64,000 nucleotides of DNA, from assembly GCA_013239625.1 (NCBI GenBank), contig MU053482.1, positions 1,773,168 through 1,837,167 of the forward strand, given 5' to 3'. The stretch's first letter is position 1. Each line of letters starts with the position of its first letter. Below the pieces are notes generated by a model, which saw nothing but the letters and a program-made list of their open reading frames with translations, made no database searches and was not told where the DNA came from. The DNA is from Lama guanicoe (taxonomy: Eukaryota). The position numbers were made by a program, and so were the translations under genes. Positions 24,756-37,307 of the stretch are shown here, in pieces.

Positions 24756-25551
24756 TTGATTGGGGAGTTGTCATTGGCCCTGTTGGGTGGGTAAGTTCCC
24801 AGAGGGCACAGACCTCTGACCTCAGGGATGCAAACTGGCCATAGGGAAGAAGGGGCTCTTGATATCCTGCCTCTAAAGTCTCTTCAGGCCCAAGTGCATT
24901 ATTTTGCTGGACAAAAGGACTACTGAACAGTAGGGGCGGGTAGACATGTGACCATTCCCCTAGGGAATAGAGGCAACCAGAAGTGTAATGCAGATCTGGT
25001 CATCACCGAGATGGGATCAGGAGCCTGGACTCTACATGTATTGTGGGACTCCGGGATCTGTGCGGAGTTTTTATCCTTGCCTGTTTTTCTGCAAAAATCA
25101 GAAGGCAAAGCTTGAAGGTATACAGGACTGGTAGAGTGGAGGAAGGGAGGTTAGGAATATGGTGCCTCATTCTTCAAAGTGCTGCTAGCGGTGAGGGTCC
25201 CAAGAGACAAAGCTAGTGGTGAAAGTTAGAGTCTGACCCCTGCTTGGCCTGAAGAGGGCCCAGGGTTTGCCTTGCAGAGGCCTGAGAGTCCCCTACAGGA
25301 CAGATCATGCCACTTTCTTTTTCTTACATTCCTACTTAAACAGGTTATGGCCAAAACATTGGTGGACAGCTACTGCTGGTGGGGCTGGGAAGACTGCATA
25401 CAGTGACAGCCCACCACCACATGTCCTTTGAGAGGGGACTCGAGGGCTCCCAGAAAGTGGGAGTGAATACAAGAGAGCAGAGCCAGATGGAGTTGGAAGC
25501 CCAAGTTACAGACCCCAAGCTAAGAAAACAGCATTAGGACAGCCCACTATG

Positions 25552-25691
25552 TGATTTAAAATAAATACAGTACCTAAAATGCAAACGAAAATTGTATTTT
25601 TGAAATAAAGCAAACTTACATGTATGCTGAAATTAATATTGCCCCTTTTTAGATAGTCTGATTTTTAGTTTGGTTTTTCCACTTTGCAGGT
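25552..25691 (-). repeat. Right arm of 140-bp inverted repeat
   Basis: 132/140 identity to the reverse complement of 24616-24755. Confidence 0.95.
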
Positions 25692-26040
25692 CCCAGATGG
25701 GAGGCAAAGGGGAAGAAGACGGGGTCACAAAGAAAGGCAGTGTTGGCATAGTTTCCTGCAGTTAAAGGGGCCTGAGCAGGGGCCTCCCTTCTTAGAATCC
25801 AGCTGCTCCTGGAGGTAGTGAGCTCCTGTCTTCCAGAGGAAGGCCACATCATAATATTTGGAGATATTTTCCACCACTCCTTCCTCTCTACATCTGATCA
25901 AGATCCAAAAGGCTCAGGCTCCAAAAGTTCAGGACCTTGGAGAGCTCCAGGTAGCTCTGTGGCTCCGACCTGGTTCTCATTACAGGGCATGTTCAAGCCT
26001 GGGATTTGGGCAGGGACACTTTGAAGCTCCAGAGGGGATG

Positions 26041-26110
26041 ATGACCACCATTCAGGATTCATTTCTCTTTATCCTTCCTCCTCAACACCTTCTCTCCATT
26101 CCAACTCCCC
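26041..26110 (+). repeat. ~70-bp direct repeat, copy 2
   Basis: Matches 23891-23961. Confidence 0.9.
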
Positions 26111-27699
26111 CATAGTGGGCCTGTACTGCCCAGTGTCCTCCAAGCTCAGCCTTCCTAAACTCACTGGGACATCTGCCTGGAGGAAGAGGACTCTCTAATG
26201 CTTCCACTGCCTCCCTTCCCAGCAGCTTGGGAAGGCTTCTGTAAAAACCCACTGCCTGAGACACAGCTGGGTAGGAGGACAAGGAGCAGGGTCCCTCTTC
26301 AGATGGGAAGTGGTAGCAATTAGCCTTAATGGGGAGGGAGGAGTAGCCCATTTCATCACAGGGAAATGGGATTTTTAAATCCCATTTTAAGGGCTGTGAC
26401 AGCTCTAAACTGGCCCTTAGTGGGGCCTCAGAGTGATTAGTAATTAGCTCTCTTGTCTCTAATGAAAGCAGAGGGGCAGGAGGAGGGGGTCACTTAATAA
26501 TCACAGAGAGAAGCTTCCATATAGGCTCCAGTCTTATTGAAGACAGGTGTGGGGTTGGGGAGTGAAGCGGCAGGCCTGGGCCAGCTGGGCCCCAGGCTGA
26601 GGGGCAGCCAGCCTGTGGGAACTTAAAGAAGGGGGTCCAGTGTCTCCTGAGTCCCATGAAACCAGTGCCCACCCCAACTCTACTTTGTGCAAAGTCTTCC
26701 TCACTTCTTCACTGTAAGAGAGTAGGGGTGGATGGAAGCCTAGGGGGTGGATTTCCCCAGCCTAGGAGCGAGGGGCTCTACTGTCAGCTGGATTCTGGAA
26801 ATCACAGCACTGCACGAAAGGCTGGGGTAAAGTGGGAGGGTCGGCCACAGGAGGGGACAGAACAACCCTTCCCCTAGAAGCGCCTGATGGGCTTCATTGT
26901 TGGCAGCAGCAGGAGCCTCCAACCTCAGCTCTGTGATGCACAGCCAAGAGGAACCCACCTACCTTGGTCCCCCTCTGGATCCCAGGAGCCGGGACAGTCC
27001 ATTAGGAGCCCTGAGGCTAAGCCTTAACCTGGACCTCTTCCCCTCTCAGAACAGACTAGCTGGGCTGAGGGCAGTGAGGTCTGGAGAAGAGGAAAAGAAC
27101 AGTCATGCTGGACACCACAGTCCTATGGCCCTCTGGGTATCACCATTTCCTGCTTTTACAGCAAATCCAGCAAATCCTCTTCTTACCCTGGAAAACTGGT
27201 CATGCAGAGTCTGCAGAGAAACCTACTTTCTTGATGCATCCTCTGTGGAGGGCAGTGATTCCAAGTGTTCAGAACAACCAGGCTAGAATCCCCAGAAGCC
27301 ATGGATCTGGCCAATCTGTCCCAAGTTAGTGGTGTTATGGGGCAGGGAGACTGGTGATGGCAGCCAAGAACCCAAGCCCAGTTTCTTGGTATTCTAAGGA
27401 GCACTATTTCTTATTAACCTGGAAAACAAAGGGAGAGAAGCAGCGAGCAGGCGTCAGGGCTGAGTGATGCTTTCTCTTCTCCATGCACTGTGTGCCCAAG
27501 TAAGATCCTCGGCTGGATGCAGTTCGCAGGATGCAGGAGACAGAGAGCCCTGGGCCAGGTTGAGGAGGGCCAGGAGGTCAGGCTCCCAGACCATGATGTC
27601 TAGTGTGCCCTAATCATTGTTCCTCTCTGGGTCTCAATTTCCCCAAAGTGAGCCCTTGGATTTGGATGGTCTGTAAGAGTGGTCATTTCTTCCTGCTCT

Positions 27700-27930
27700 G
27701 TCTAAAGTAGGCCTCCCTCTAGTCACTCAGCACTATATTTAACTTGTTATTGATCCATTTGTTTATCCTCTGTCTCCCCAACTAGGCTGTAAACTCCATA
27801 TGGAGAAGGACCCTGTCTGCCTTCTCCACTGGTGTTTCCATTCTTCAGCACCTAGCACCATGCCTGGCATGTAGCAGACACTTGATTTATGTCTGCTGAC
27901 TGGCTGACAGGCTGGCTCCCTGACTGAATG
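27700..27930 (+). mobile_element. L2 LINE 3' fragment
   Basis: tgtctcccccactaggctgtaaactccat...agcacctagcaccatgcctggcatgtagcag, followed by tgaatga-type tail repeats. Confidence 0.7.
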
Positions 27931-27955
27931 ATGATGCACTGGGGCCTGCCTCAAT

Positions 27956-28048
27956 TGAGAAATCTCCAGCTTGGGGACTGGATAACTGACAAACCTCCAG
28001 CCCAGGGATTGGATGACTGAGAAAACTCTAGCCCAGGGACTGGGTGAG
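27956..28048 (+). repeat. Diverged 31-bp minisatellite, 3 copies
   Basis: Units start at 27956, 27987 and 28018: tgagaaatctccagcttggggactggataac / tgacaaacctccagcccagggattggatgac / tgagaaaactctagcccagggactgggtgag. Confidence 0.85.
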
Positions 28049-31000
28049 CTCCTGAAGTCATACCATTGCCCTACCCTGCACTGCCTCTGACTCCATCATC
28101 TGGAGTTGCTCATCCCACCTGGCACCTAGCACAGGCCAGGCCCAGTGACAGGCTCAGTTAGGACGTGCAATAAGGGACAGAATTGCCCAAGGGCCCTCCT
28201 TACCCAAGGACCAAGTTCTCCGTTGGGGGATAGGTTGTAGTGAGAAACAAGGATGGGGCAGAGGATCTAGGGGCTTTGTCCTGGGTAAAACCTGCTGTGT
28301 ACTGTCAGTTCCTTCCACTGCATGGGGTTGCCTCTAGGCATCAGTTTCACATGGGAATTACCTGCATGGAATCTGGAGGGCTGAATTCAGATCCAGGTTC
28401 TTCTACTTACTAGAATGGCTCTTTGAGCCCCAGTTTCTTCAACTGTAAAATGGATATGATGATAATAATAGGCCCATAGCAACAGGGATGATAAAAATAG
28501 CACCTCCCTAATAGAGTTGTGGGATGGCTCAAATAGGTTGGGCATGTTTTTACTCATGCAAGCTCACTGAGCTCGTTTCCCACTGGTCCCAGCGCGCAAT
28601 ACCCTTTCCAGAGAGCACACCCCGATGCCCAGGAACAGCCTGTGGGGTGAGGCTAGAGGCTGCCGTGGGGAGCCAAGGCCTCCCGTAGGAGGGCACAGGC
28701 CTCAGAACCAGCTGACCTAGTGCTGGCTGTAGAAAGCGAATGTCCCAGCAGTGGCTGGTGTTTACCACGATCCAGTCACAGCTGGGAATAAGTGCTGTCC
28801 GTATGATAACTCAGCTGATGCTCAAGGCAGCCCTGAGAAGTAGGTACCACCAACACCCGCCTTGTAAAGATGAGAAAACTCTTCATCTGTAAGATGAGAG
28901 CTAAGTAAGCTGCCCAAGGCTGTACAGCTGCCAAGCAGAGGAGTGATGATTGGAACCCACATAATCTGGCTCCTGGGCCACATGCCACCACCGTGCCACA
29001 CTGCCCTTTGCCACCATGGCTGCCCTCACCCTACACCTTCCCTGCTGTTAAAAGATTCTTCCCAGACCCTTTGTCCATTCTCTCTCTCCTCTCCCACCCT
29101 CGCCCCATCTCATCTCTTGCCGTCCTCTCCCCCACTCCCCTTTTCTCCTCCCTTTCCTTACTCTCTCCTTTCCTCCCTTCCTCCCTGCTCTCTTATTCCC
29201 TCTCCCATCTCTCGCTGTCTCTCTTTTCCTGTATCTCAGGTGAGTGTGCTGTCTCTGATCCCTGACCTGTGCTGGCAGGTGGGGAGGGTGGTGGGAGAAG
29301 GGAACGCTGGGTCATTTGGGGGAGCCCTCAGACCCCCTGTGGGGAGAGCCCCCTGATCCCCAAGTGCAACCAGAGACAAGGAAGAACAAGAGAAATGGCC
29401 TGGGAACTGCTTCAGTTCCTTAGCATCTTCAGACTCTGGAAGACAATACTGGACTTAATGGAACTATAGGAAACTCCATCCCCAGCAGGGCTCCCTGCTC
29501 TGCTCACAGAGGAGATCCAGAAGGTAGGAGTCTGGAAGTCAAGCCCAGGGAGGAACCCCTGGCTCAGCTCCTCTCTGGAATCCAGTTGTGCCCGCAGAGA
29601 AAGCAGGAGAATGAGGGGATGCAGACCCCCACCCTGGGTGCCACAGGCAGCCAAAGGGCTCCTGAGCCCTCAAGGGACTCATGCTTTCCCTGAAAAGTCT
29701 CTCACTGGAATTTTCACCAAGAGTAATTAATGCACAGTTGCAGCTACAAAGCTTCTTTCCTGAACCTACCCCCGCCTGGTAGCAGCATCCCCAGATGGGT
29801 GGTTCTGGGAATCACTCAGCACCAGCTTTAGTCTGGCCTTGACTATCTCTGACAGCTTTAAGGGAGAGAGCAGTTATCTGAATGTAGGGATGAGATTCCC
29901 CAGGCAGGAATTTTACATGGACTCTATCCGCGGCTTTCACGTGTCTCATGATGTGGGGCACAGTTTTGGGGACCAGGCCCAGAAGAAGAGGGGACCCATG
30001 TGAGATTTCGTGGTGGGCCCTGCAGCAATGTCAAGGTTAGAATCAAACTTCTTTCCAAACACAGACTATGTGGCCTAGCTTAAGACCAAGGAGTGGGGGT
30101 ATAAGCAGGTGCCATGTTCTATGGGTCCCAGGCCCCTCATTAGAATATCTCTGACACCAGGCTACCAAGGAAGGCAGGAGGGGAGATGGGGTGCCATTGG
30201 CTGGTTGGGCATAGAGGGTACTTGTGCACAGCAACAAGACCTTCCACATCCCCCCCACTTACAAGCCCCAGACTGAGCTGTTACAGCCTCTAAGGGTTCA
30301 TGGTCAGTGCTCCCTGGCTCCCCCCAACTCCAATCCTCTGTCATGGGTTACAGCCTCAGGGAGAACCAGGTAGGAACAATGCATGCCCTACGCTTAACCT
30401 AGTTTCTCCTACATAGTGGCCAGGGAGACAAGGGAGGTCAGGCTCTTCCTGGGTCTCCCGTGGGGGTTGCAAACCCTCTCCAGGTGTATAATCCCTGGCC
30501 CCCAGCAGCCATTCCAGCCCCAGCTCCGTTGCTCTGCTACAGAGAGAGATTGGTCTCTTCTTTGGCTCCCTCCCCCCACCGCTATTGGTTCCACACCTGT
30601 GGAGACAAGGCCTGAGTGGGCTCTTCTCGGGGGCAGCTGTGGACTGCTATGGGTCTTCCTGGGCAAGGGGTCTCCTACTCAGGACTTCATGATGTCCAGG
30701 ATGGTGACCCTAGCTCATGTGAACACGACACTTCACAGTGTATATCTCAGCCTTGTGGCTGTCCTGGGAAATAGATCATCCCCGTTTCTTGGATGAGGAT
30801 GGTGAGACAGCAGAAAACAGAACCATGATGCTGGATTTGGAATGTTCCATGACATATTGAGCTGAGGAAGCCCCCCAGCAAGGTCTGGGGTGGATAGAGT
30901 GGGGCTGGGGTCATCTTAAAAGGCCAGCTTTGCTCTTAGGGGGCTTTCAAAGCCTGGCTGCCTGACTTTGAGTCTATCTCATTGTGAGTGAATTAATTGT

Positions 31001-32979
31001 TGTGCAACCTAGAGTGTGAGACAAGTTAATTACATAATTACTGCAAAATGACACGTTATTTCATGGCTGCAATACGGTAACTCTGTTGGAAACAATTGTA
31101 ATTGCCCAGAAACTGCATTCGAGTGGCTCCGTTCTCTCTCGATAACCATGTAATTAACTTGTGTTACAACTTTATCTGCAGCAAACTCCGAAGTTAGGAG
31201 TTAGGTCCTTGGTGTGGGCACAGCCATCCTAGGCCTAAGGGCCCAGGGACAGTTTGGCATTGGGAGTTCTGCTACAGTCCAGGGAAATAATTTACTTGTT
31301 CATGTTGTGTGAGGAAAATTCCTCATTACGACTCCAGCCTCAAGCACACATGCGCAAACTCATTCACAGTCTCACACGGTCACATCCAGACGACAGCTCC
31401 CCAGTCTCACCAGACTCACTCATAAATACCCAACACAGCCTCTGTTCTCTCACACATACACGGGTGCAGTTCCTTCACAGAAGGTGGAAGCCCCACAGTG
31501 GAGAATTCCTATCCCCAGATCCTTGGCTCTAGCGATCCCTTCCCACGGACTGGGCCACTGGCCACAAAACCAGTAGCCTCCTCTAAGTGCTGGTAAGAGC
31601 GCAGCCCTCCTCCCACTTCACCCCAAGTGGAGGAGCAGGCCTGGTGGCAGGTGATGTGAGGTCTCAGTGCAGCCCCGCTCCGCCCAGGAAGCCAGTTCCC
31701 TGCCCAGGAGCAGGCAGAGCTTGAAGCTGTGGGCTGACTTCTTCAGGAGTCTGTTCTGTGGCCAAGATAAAAACAGCCCCCAGGGAAGGAGGAGTGAGTG
31801 GCCTGATCTGTGGTGGGGAGTGGGGTAGGGTGGGGAGCCTGTTCACATAGCCTTCTCTGTTTAGGCTTCAGACCCAAGGAGCCTCTCTTCTTAATACTGT
31901 TCAGTGATACCTTTTCAATTCCAGGCTAGGTGCTTGGCACTGTGGCTGCAGCCATGACCAAGACAATATCTCTGCTGCCCTGGGTGAGCCTAGCTCAGCC
32001 ACTGGATGAAAAACAGCCTGGATGTCTTCCCGTCTGAGCACCTGCCAGCTTCCTGTCTGTCTGTCTAACCTATCTCTGCCTCCACACCCATCTACTCACG
32101 TGTCCATCTCTCCTGCTTGCCAGTGCATGTAACTATCTGACTGTGTGTCCATTGGCTTTTCTGTCCGACTCTCTGGAGTCGTCACAAATGGTCCTGTATC
32201 TGCTGCAGGGAACCGGCCTGTCCTAGGTCTCCCGTTGTGTGTGTCCTCACTGTGGTGTGCTCTGTTTGCTTTCCTGGATTTCCCCCTCCTCCTCAAGGGC
32301 ACGGACTGTGTGTGATCCATGATTCATCCTCGTGTCTGGTGCTTGCAGCACGGGGCTGAATCAGAGTAGATTAAAGTTTGCCAACTGAATGAATGAGAGT
32401 CTCCAGCCCATGTGGACTGAGTTACAGTGAAACAAGATAATTTTCTTTCACCCAGAGGAGCAGAAAGCTGGGTCTCAGGTTGGGCTCAGGCTGCAAGGAG
32501 GAGAGAGCAAACACTGTCTGTCCCACTGAAAGTGAAGAGGGTTTTAAGGATGGTGCTCCCATGGCAGGGAGCTCAGGATTTGGGGTCCTACCATGGAGGT
32601 AGACCAGGGTCCCTATCTGGGCAGTCTGGGGGCTCTCAATGGAGGGAAGTAACACAGGAGCCCAAGGAAGGAAGATTTTCATCTTGTCTCTCTTCATCTT
32701 AGGAGCCAGGGTATATGCTCTGCTGGGGATGGGGAAGACAGCCCAGTTCCTATTTCTGAGTGGGAGGAGCTTGGGGTTGTTTTGTTCCCCCCAACTTCGT
32801 CCCCCTAAAGCCCACCTGCAGCTCCCCTGCTTGGCAGCAGCACACTCTGGAGACCCATTCCCTGCTCCATGGGCCCCCTCCCTGCTGGGGACTAAGAGGG
32901 AGGGTCCCGTGCCACTCCCAAGCCAAAGGGAGAAGCCTGAAGTCTGTGTCAGTCATGCGATCAATGCAGAGTAACCTCC

Positions 32980-33242
32980 CCGGAAACATTCATAAGTTTA
33001 ATCCACGCCAGTAATAAAATTGCATTACATTTCTCATAAAATAAATGTTCCCATTTATATACAGAAGACAGACTGTACAGGCCCAGCCTGGCCCCAGGAG
33101 GGGTCACACACAGACGGGCAGCGGTGGAGGAAGGGCCGTCCCTCCCATCGAGGACGGAGGCGTTCTAATCCGCAGGAGAGTGGCTGGCTGGCCAGGCGGG
33201 TGGGCAGGCGGGCAGATGGGCCTGGAGGCCAGGCGCCGGGCG
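32980..33242 (-). other. LMO1: LMO1 3' UTR (3' end approximate)
   Basis: Follows the stop codon. The distal part is AU-rich (AUUUAUUUUAU) and ends just after an ATTAAA hexamer. Confidence 0.75.
32997..33002 (-). terminator. LMO1 polyadenylation signal ATTAAA
   Basis: Plus-strand tttaat reads ATTAAA on the sense strand, about 240 nt after the stop codon. Confidence 0.7.
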
Positions 33243-33348
33243 TTACTGAACCTGGGATTCAAAGGTGCCATTGAGCTGTCCCTCCTCATAGTCCATCTGA
33301 CACAAGATCATATTGTTCTTCAGGAAGAATTTGTCTCCCACACAAAAT
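33243..33348 (-). CDS. LMO1: LMO1 last coding exon (exon 4)
   Basis: FCVGDKFFLKNNMILCQMDYEEGQLNGTFESQVQ then TAA at 33245-33243. Acceptor tttctag|A. The C-terminus is LMO1-specific. Confidence 0.98.
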
Positions 33349-34072
33349 CTAGAAAATCCAAGCAGAGAAAGAGGCCATGGAGGGGTCCCAGTGGATGGTG
33401 GGGGCTCCAGACCTGACCTCGCCCAGCCCAGGAGGTGGATATATGGGAAGTGAGGTCCTGGCGAGTGTGCTCCTTGAACTTTCCAGAGGGGATCCCCGAA
33501 AGTCTCACGGCAAACATGGTCAGTCACTCTGGGTCAGCCCAGCCCTCGGCCAGGCCCTGCAGCCTGGGGTGTAGGACAGACAGACAAGCCTGGGCCAAGG
33601 CCTTCCACAGCCAGGGCTCTCGTGGAGGTGGGGGCAGGGACGGAGTTGGTGGGAAGGTGTAGGAATAATGTATCCCAGTCCCAGAGAAGGAGAAAGAGAG
33701 AGAAGGACAAAGAAGCAGGACAAGATGAAGGGGGGGGGGTGGAGATGGGGAAGGAGGAAGAGATAAAATGGCTCACTTTTCCAACCCTCTGTTCCCCTCC
33801 CCAGCTTAAGGAAGTGGCTCAGTGAAGGGCAATCTTCCTTTAAACAGAACCTGTGCTGTGGGCTTCCTAGAGCATCCTTCCAGGAGGAGGAGACTCTGTC
33901 CCACCATCTTCCTTCCTATCCAAAGAAGGCCCTGCTTTGCCCCCCTGCCCCTCCCAGTCCTCCTCAAGTACTGGAGGATTCAGCTCCCCCTCTCAAAGAT
34001 GTCCTCAGGGTGTCTGAGGCCTTTAGTGGGACCCCAGGGTCACAGCCACAGTCCCAGAAGATCCCACTTCAA

Positions 34073-34088
34073 CCACCAGGTGGCGCTG
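34073..34088 (+). promoter_or_regulatory. CTCF-binding motif in LMO1 intron 3
   Basis: CCACCAGGTGGCGCTG matches the CTCF core CCASYAGRKGGCRS at every position. Confidence 0.7.
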
Positions 34089-34858
34089 CAACTTCACCAA
34101 GCCCTCCTGGCAGCAGGTCTGGGCAGAGTCCCAGCCAAAGCAGTGTTCCCTGCAGGTCCCTCTGGACCTCACCCTCTGGGAACACTTGTATGAGCTCCTT
34201 CCTGAACTGGGGACTCCTGAGATAAGGGCCTGTCTTCTGGGGCTCGGACCCCAACCAGGGCTGAAGGGCTCTGGATCCTTAGTTCCCTGGGGCCTCCCAC
34301 AGGACTAGGGGCACAGAGTAGGGGCCAAAAGACCAGAAAGAAGGCTGGGCTGGAACCAGAATCACAGGAGTGAGTGACCATTCCCCAGGAGAATTTCACC
34401 CTCCAGGTCTGGGAACCCCTTCTCACCAGAAACTACAAACACAGGGCACAGGACATGCACACAGAACCCTTGTATATGCACATTTAAAACATGCATGCAC
34501 AGGAATACTCACTCATCATGCACATACAGCACACCAAGACCCTCTTGGTACATGGGCATTTAAAAATACACGCATGGACATGACATGTACTGTGCACACA
34601 GTTCATGTTTGGTCCTGTCTATTACATTCGCACAGAGCTGTACTCTCTCCAAACATGCATGTAAGGTATTGGAGTGCACACATATGGCTCCAGGGGTCAG
34701 GTATACATAAAACACACACATGCATATACACGCTCAAACAACACACACACAAGGAACCCACATTTGCATGCACGCCTCCATGGAACCCTCGGTTTGTGGC
34801 AGCAGGTGCCAGCTGGGGTCTGCTGAGTGTGTTGGGTCTGCTATAGTCAAGCACTCAC

Positions 34859-34984
34859 CTCTGGTTGCAGAGCTGGCAGGCAAAGCAGTCGAGGTGATAT
34901 ACATTGTCCCGGGCCCGCATCACCATCTCGAAGGCTGGGATCAGCTTGCTACAGGCGGCACAGTTTCCTGTGGTGCCGAAGAGC
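34859..34984 (-). CDS. LMO1: LMO1 coding exon 3 (start of second LIM domain)
   Basis: [41 protein letters not shown](R). Acceptor ctgcag|G, donor AG|gtgagt; 126 bp; phase matches exon 2. FGTTG and RARDN distinguish it from LMO3. Confidence 0.98.
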
Positions 34985-37307
34985 CTGCAGAGGGAAGGGT
35001 GCAGAGGGTTCAGGGGCCTGCCAGGGAGCTGGGGGGGCCAGGGGAGTTGCTTCCACCCAGGGCCCCACCTGCCCACACCAGAAGAACACTAGGCTGGGCC
35101 CTGAGCCAGGACATACAAGCCTGAATTTAGAGGTAGTCTGCCGATCATGGGCTATGTGTCCTTAGGCCAGTCACCGAGTCTCTCTGAGCCTCATTTATTT
35201 CAACTGTAAAATGGGGATTAAAATACATCCTTCACAGGCTTGTTGTGAAAACTTCTGTAAACTCAGTCACAACTGCTTTATTAAATGCCTACACAGTGTG
35301 TAGGCATGTGCCAGGCACTGTTCAAGGGGCTTTCCAAAGATCAACTCATTTCATCCTGACAGCGACTTTATGGGGTGGTCTTTTTCTGCTACTAACTCAC
35401 GGTGTGACTTGCCTAACTCCCTTTTTCCTCTTCTTGGACCTCAGTTTATCCCTCTTTAAAATGGGGGTGCTGGACCAGATGATCCTGTTCAAAGATGCTT
35501 CTAAAACAGTACTGATGCCAAAAGGAAGTTCCAAGGACATCTGGCACGATGCCTCTTTGGGGCAGGCACCCCTCCTTTTAGCCGCTGGTTGCAAAGCTCT
35601 AAGGACAGGGAGCTCCCTCCCTCCCCATACAGGCCAGTCCTTGGCTGGACATTCCAGTGGCCTGAGCCAGCCTGCCTCCTCCTTGCTTCCTTCCTGCACA
35701 CTAGCAGAGCAAGCTCCAAGTGAGGCAAGGGGGCTGAGAGGTGGGTGGGAGGCCCTCTAATCCCTGATTTGTCCAGCTCAAGCTCAGGCGCCTGCAGATG
35801 AGCTTGGCTCCATTATTCATCGGCCTGAGCTGCCTGGTGGCTCAGATTAAAGCAGACAAAGGCTGGACCACAGCATCTGCCTGCCAAGAGGGGCCTTTCT
35901 TGCCACCAGTCCAATGAGCAGTGTCCACAGAGGGAACAGGTTCTGAACAGCCATTCTCTGGGGCTGAGCTGCTCAAGGAAGTCCCACTTCCACCCCGGGC
36001 CACTGGTCTACCTGGCCCCAGTCATTCCTTGGCCTCTGCCAGAGCCCAGGAAAATATCTTCAGGCTCTAGTAGCTGGAAGGGCCCAGAGTGCTTGGGCTC
36101 TGCTCACAAGCCCATCTTGAAGTCCTGTGGTCTTGTCACGGGGTCTGTCGCCTCCCCTCAATCTAGTAGGCTCGGCCCCCAGGTGACATCCTAACCTCCA
36201 GACTTGGAGGTCCCTTCCAGGTCGTTGAGGGGTGAGTCCCCAGAAATAGCCTTCAGCCCTCCTCCTGGTTCCACATCTCTCCTCCAGCCCCAGCCAGGGA
36301 CACTGAGTCACACATCGTGGTTTACTGAACCACCAAAAAAAAAACTAACTCTGGCAAAAGGCAGAAGTTAACAGAGAAGGTGCAGGCAGGTAAATCTTAG
36401 GCTCTCTGGGGAAACAGGGAAGCCTCTGCTGCTCACCCCTCCCTCTTCCCCAACATGGCCAGTCCTGAGCAGAGGGAGCCCCACCAAGTCCTGGCCCCGA
36501 CCTATTAATTAATGCGATGGGCCTGCCTTCCCCGCCGCAAGGCCCAGCCACCACCCAGCAGCCGGCAAGGGAGCCAAATGCAGATGCTGGGTCTCAGCCA
36601 AGCCTCCTGCTTTGTGGCCTCCTTCCAACCTCGCTGATGTCACAGACGGCCTAAGGGAGGGTTAACTGGGGGAGGCAGCCCCAGGGAGTAGGATCCAGGT
36701 TGCAGGGGTGGGTGGGATGGAGCCCTGCAGGGAAGTGGTAGCCTTTTCACCATTCACAGAAGGATAAACTGAGGCTGGGGGAGATTAGGAGCCAAGAGGC
36801 TCTGAACTCATTCAAACCCATGTCCTTAAGCTCCAACATCAGCAGTTCTTTTTCTAGGGTCTGGTTATCTCCCAGGCATTGGGGGGTTGTCTAATTCCAG
36901 GGCCCAGCTGGAAGTAGGGGAGCTGGGCATCGGGGAGACTGAGAAGGAGACTTCATCAGGCCTGAGAGGCCCAGGGAAGTCAATGCTTCCCCACCTGCTC
37001 CTAGAAGCCCCTCCAAGGCATCCCTTCCCAGATTCCAGGGACAGGGTGGGTCAGAAGTGCCCACCCTGGGCAAAGACAGGGCCAGAGCCTGGCTAGTGCC
37101 TTTGGGAAGCTTCTCTCAGGTGCCCAATGGCTACAAAGGCCTGCCCAGGACCCAGGCTGAGCACTGAGTCTGAGGGGCAGGGCAGGGGCAGGGATGAATG
37201 CAGACGGGGTCCTGGGGCTACAGCAGGCAGAGGCGGGCTGACCTTGAAGGAGGGGCTTTCTGAGCAGAAGGGCTGGGGGTGCAGATGGGGCAGGGGGGGC
37301 AGCCCAC

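Noticed and set aside
24616..25691. MITE or DNA transposon with long TIRs
   Set aside because: No TSD (flanks aacattttc / cccagatgg), no recognisable terminal motif, no transposase remnant. Not fully excluded without a Dfam search.
27956..28048. CRISPR-like array
   Set aside because: Contiguous diverged tandem units without spacers, in mammalian DNA.
34430..34775. CA/TG-rich tract in intron 3 (similar at about 43580-43850; CT-rich at about 29075-29230)
   Set aside because: Degenerate low-complexity sequence with no specific evidence of function.
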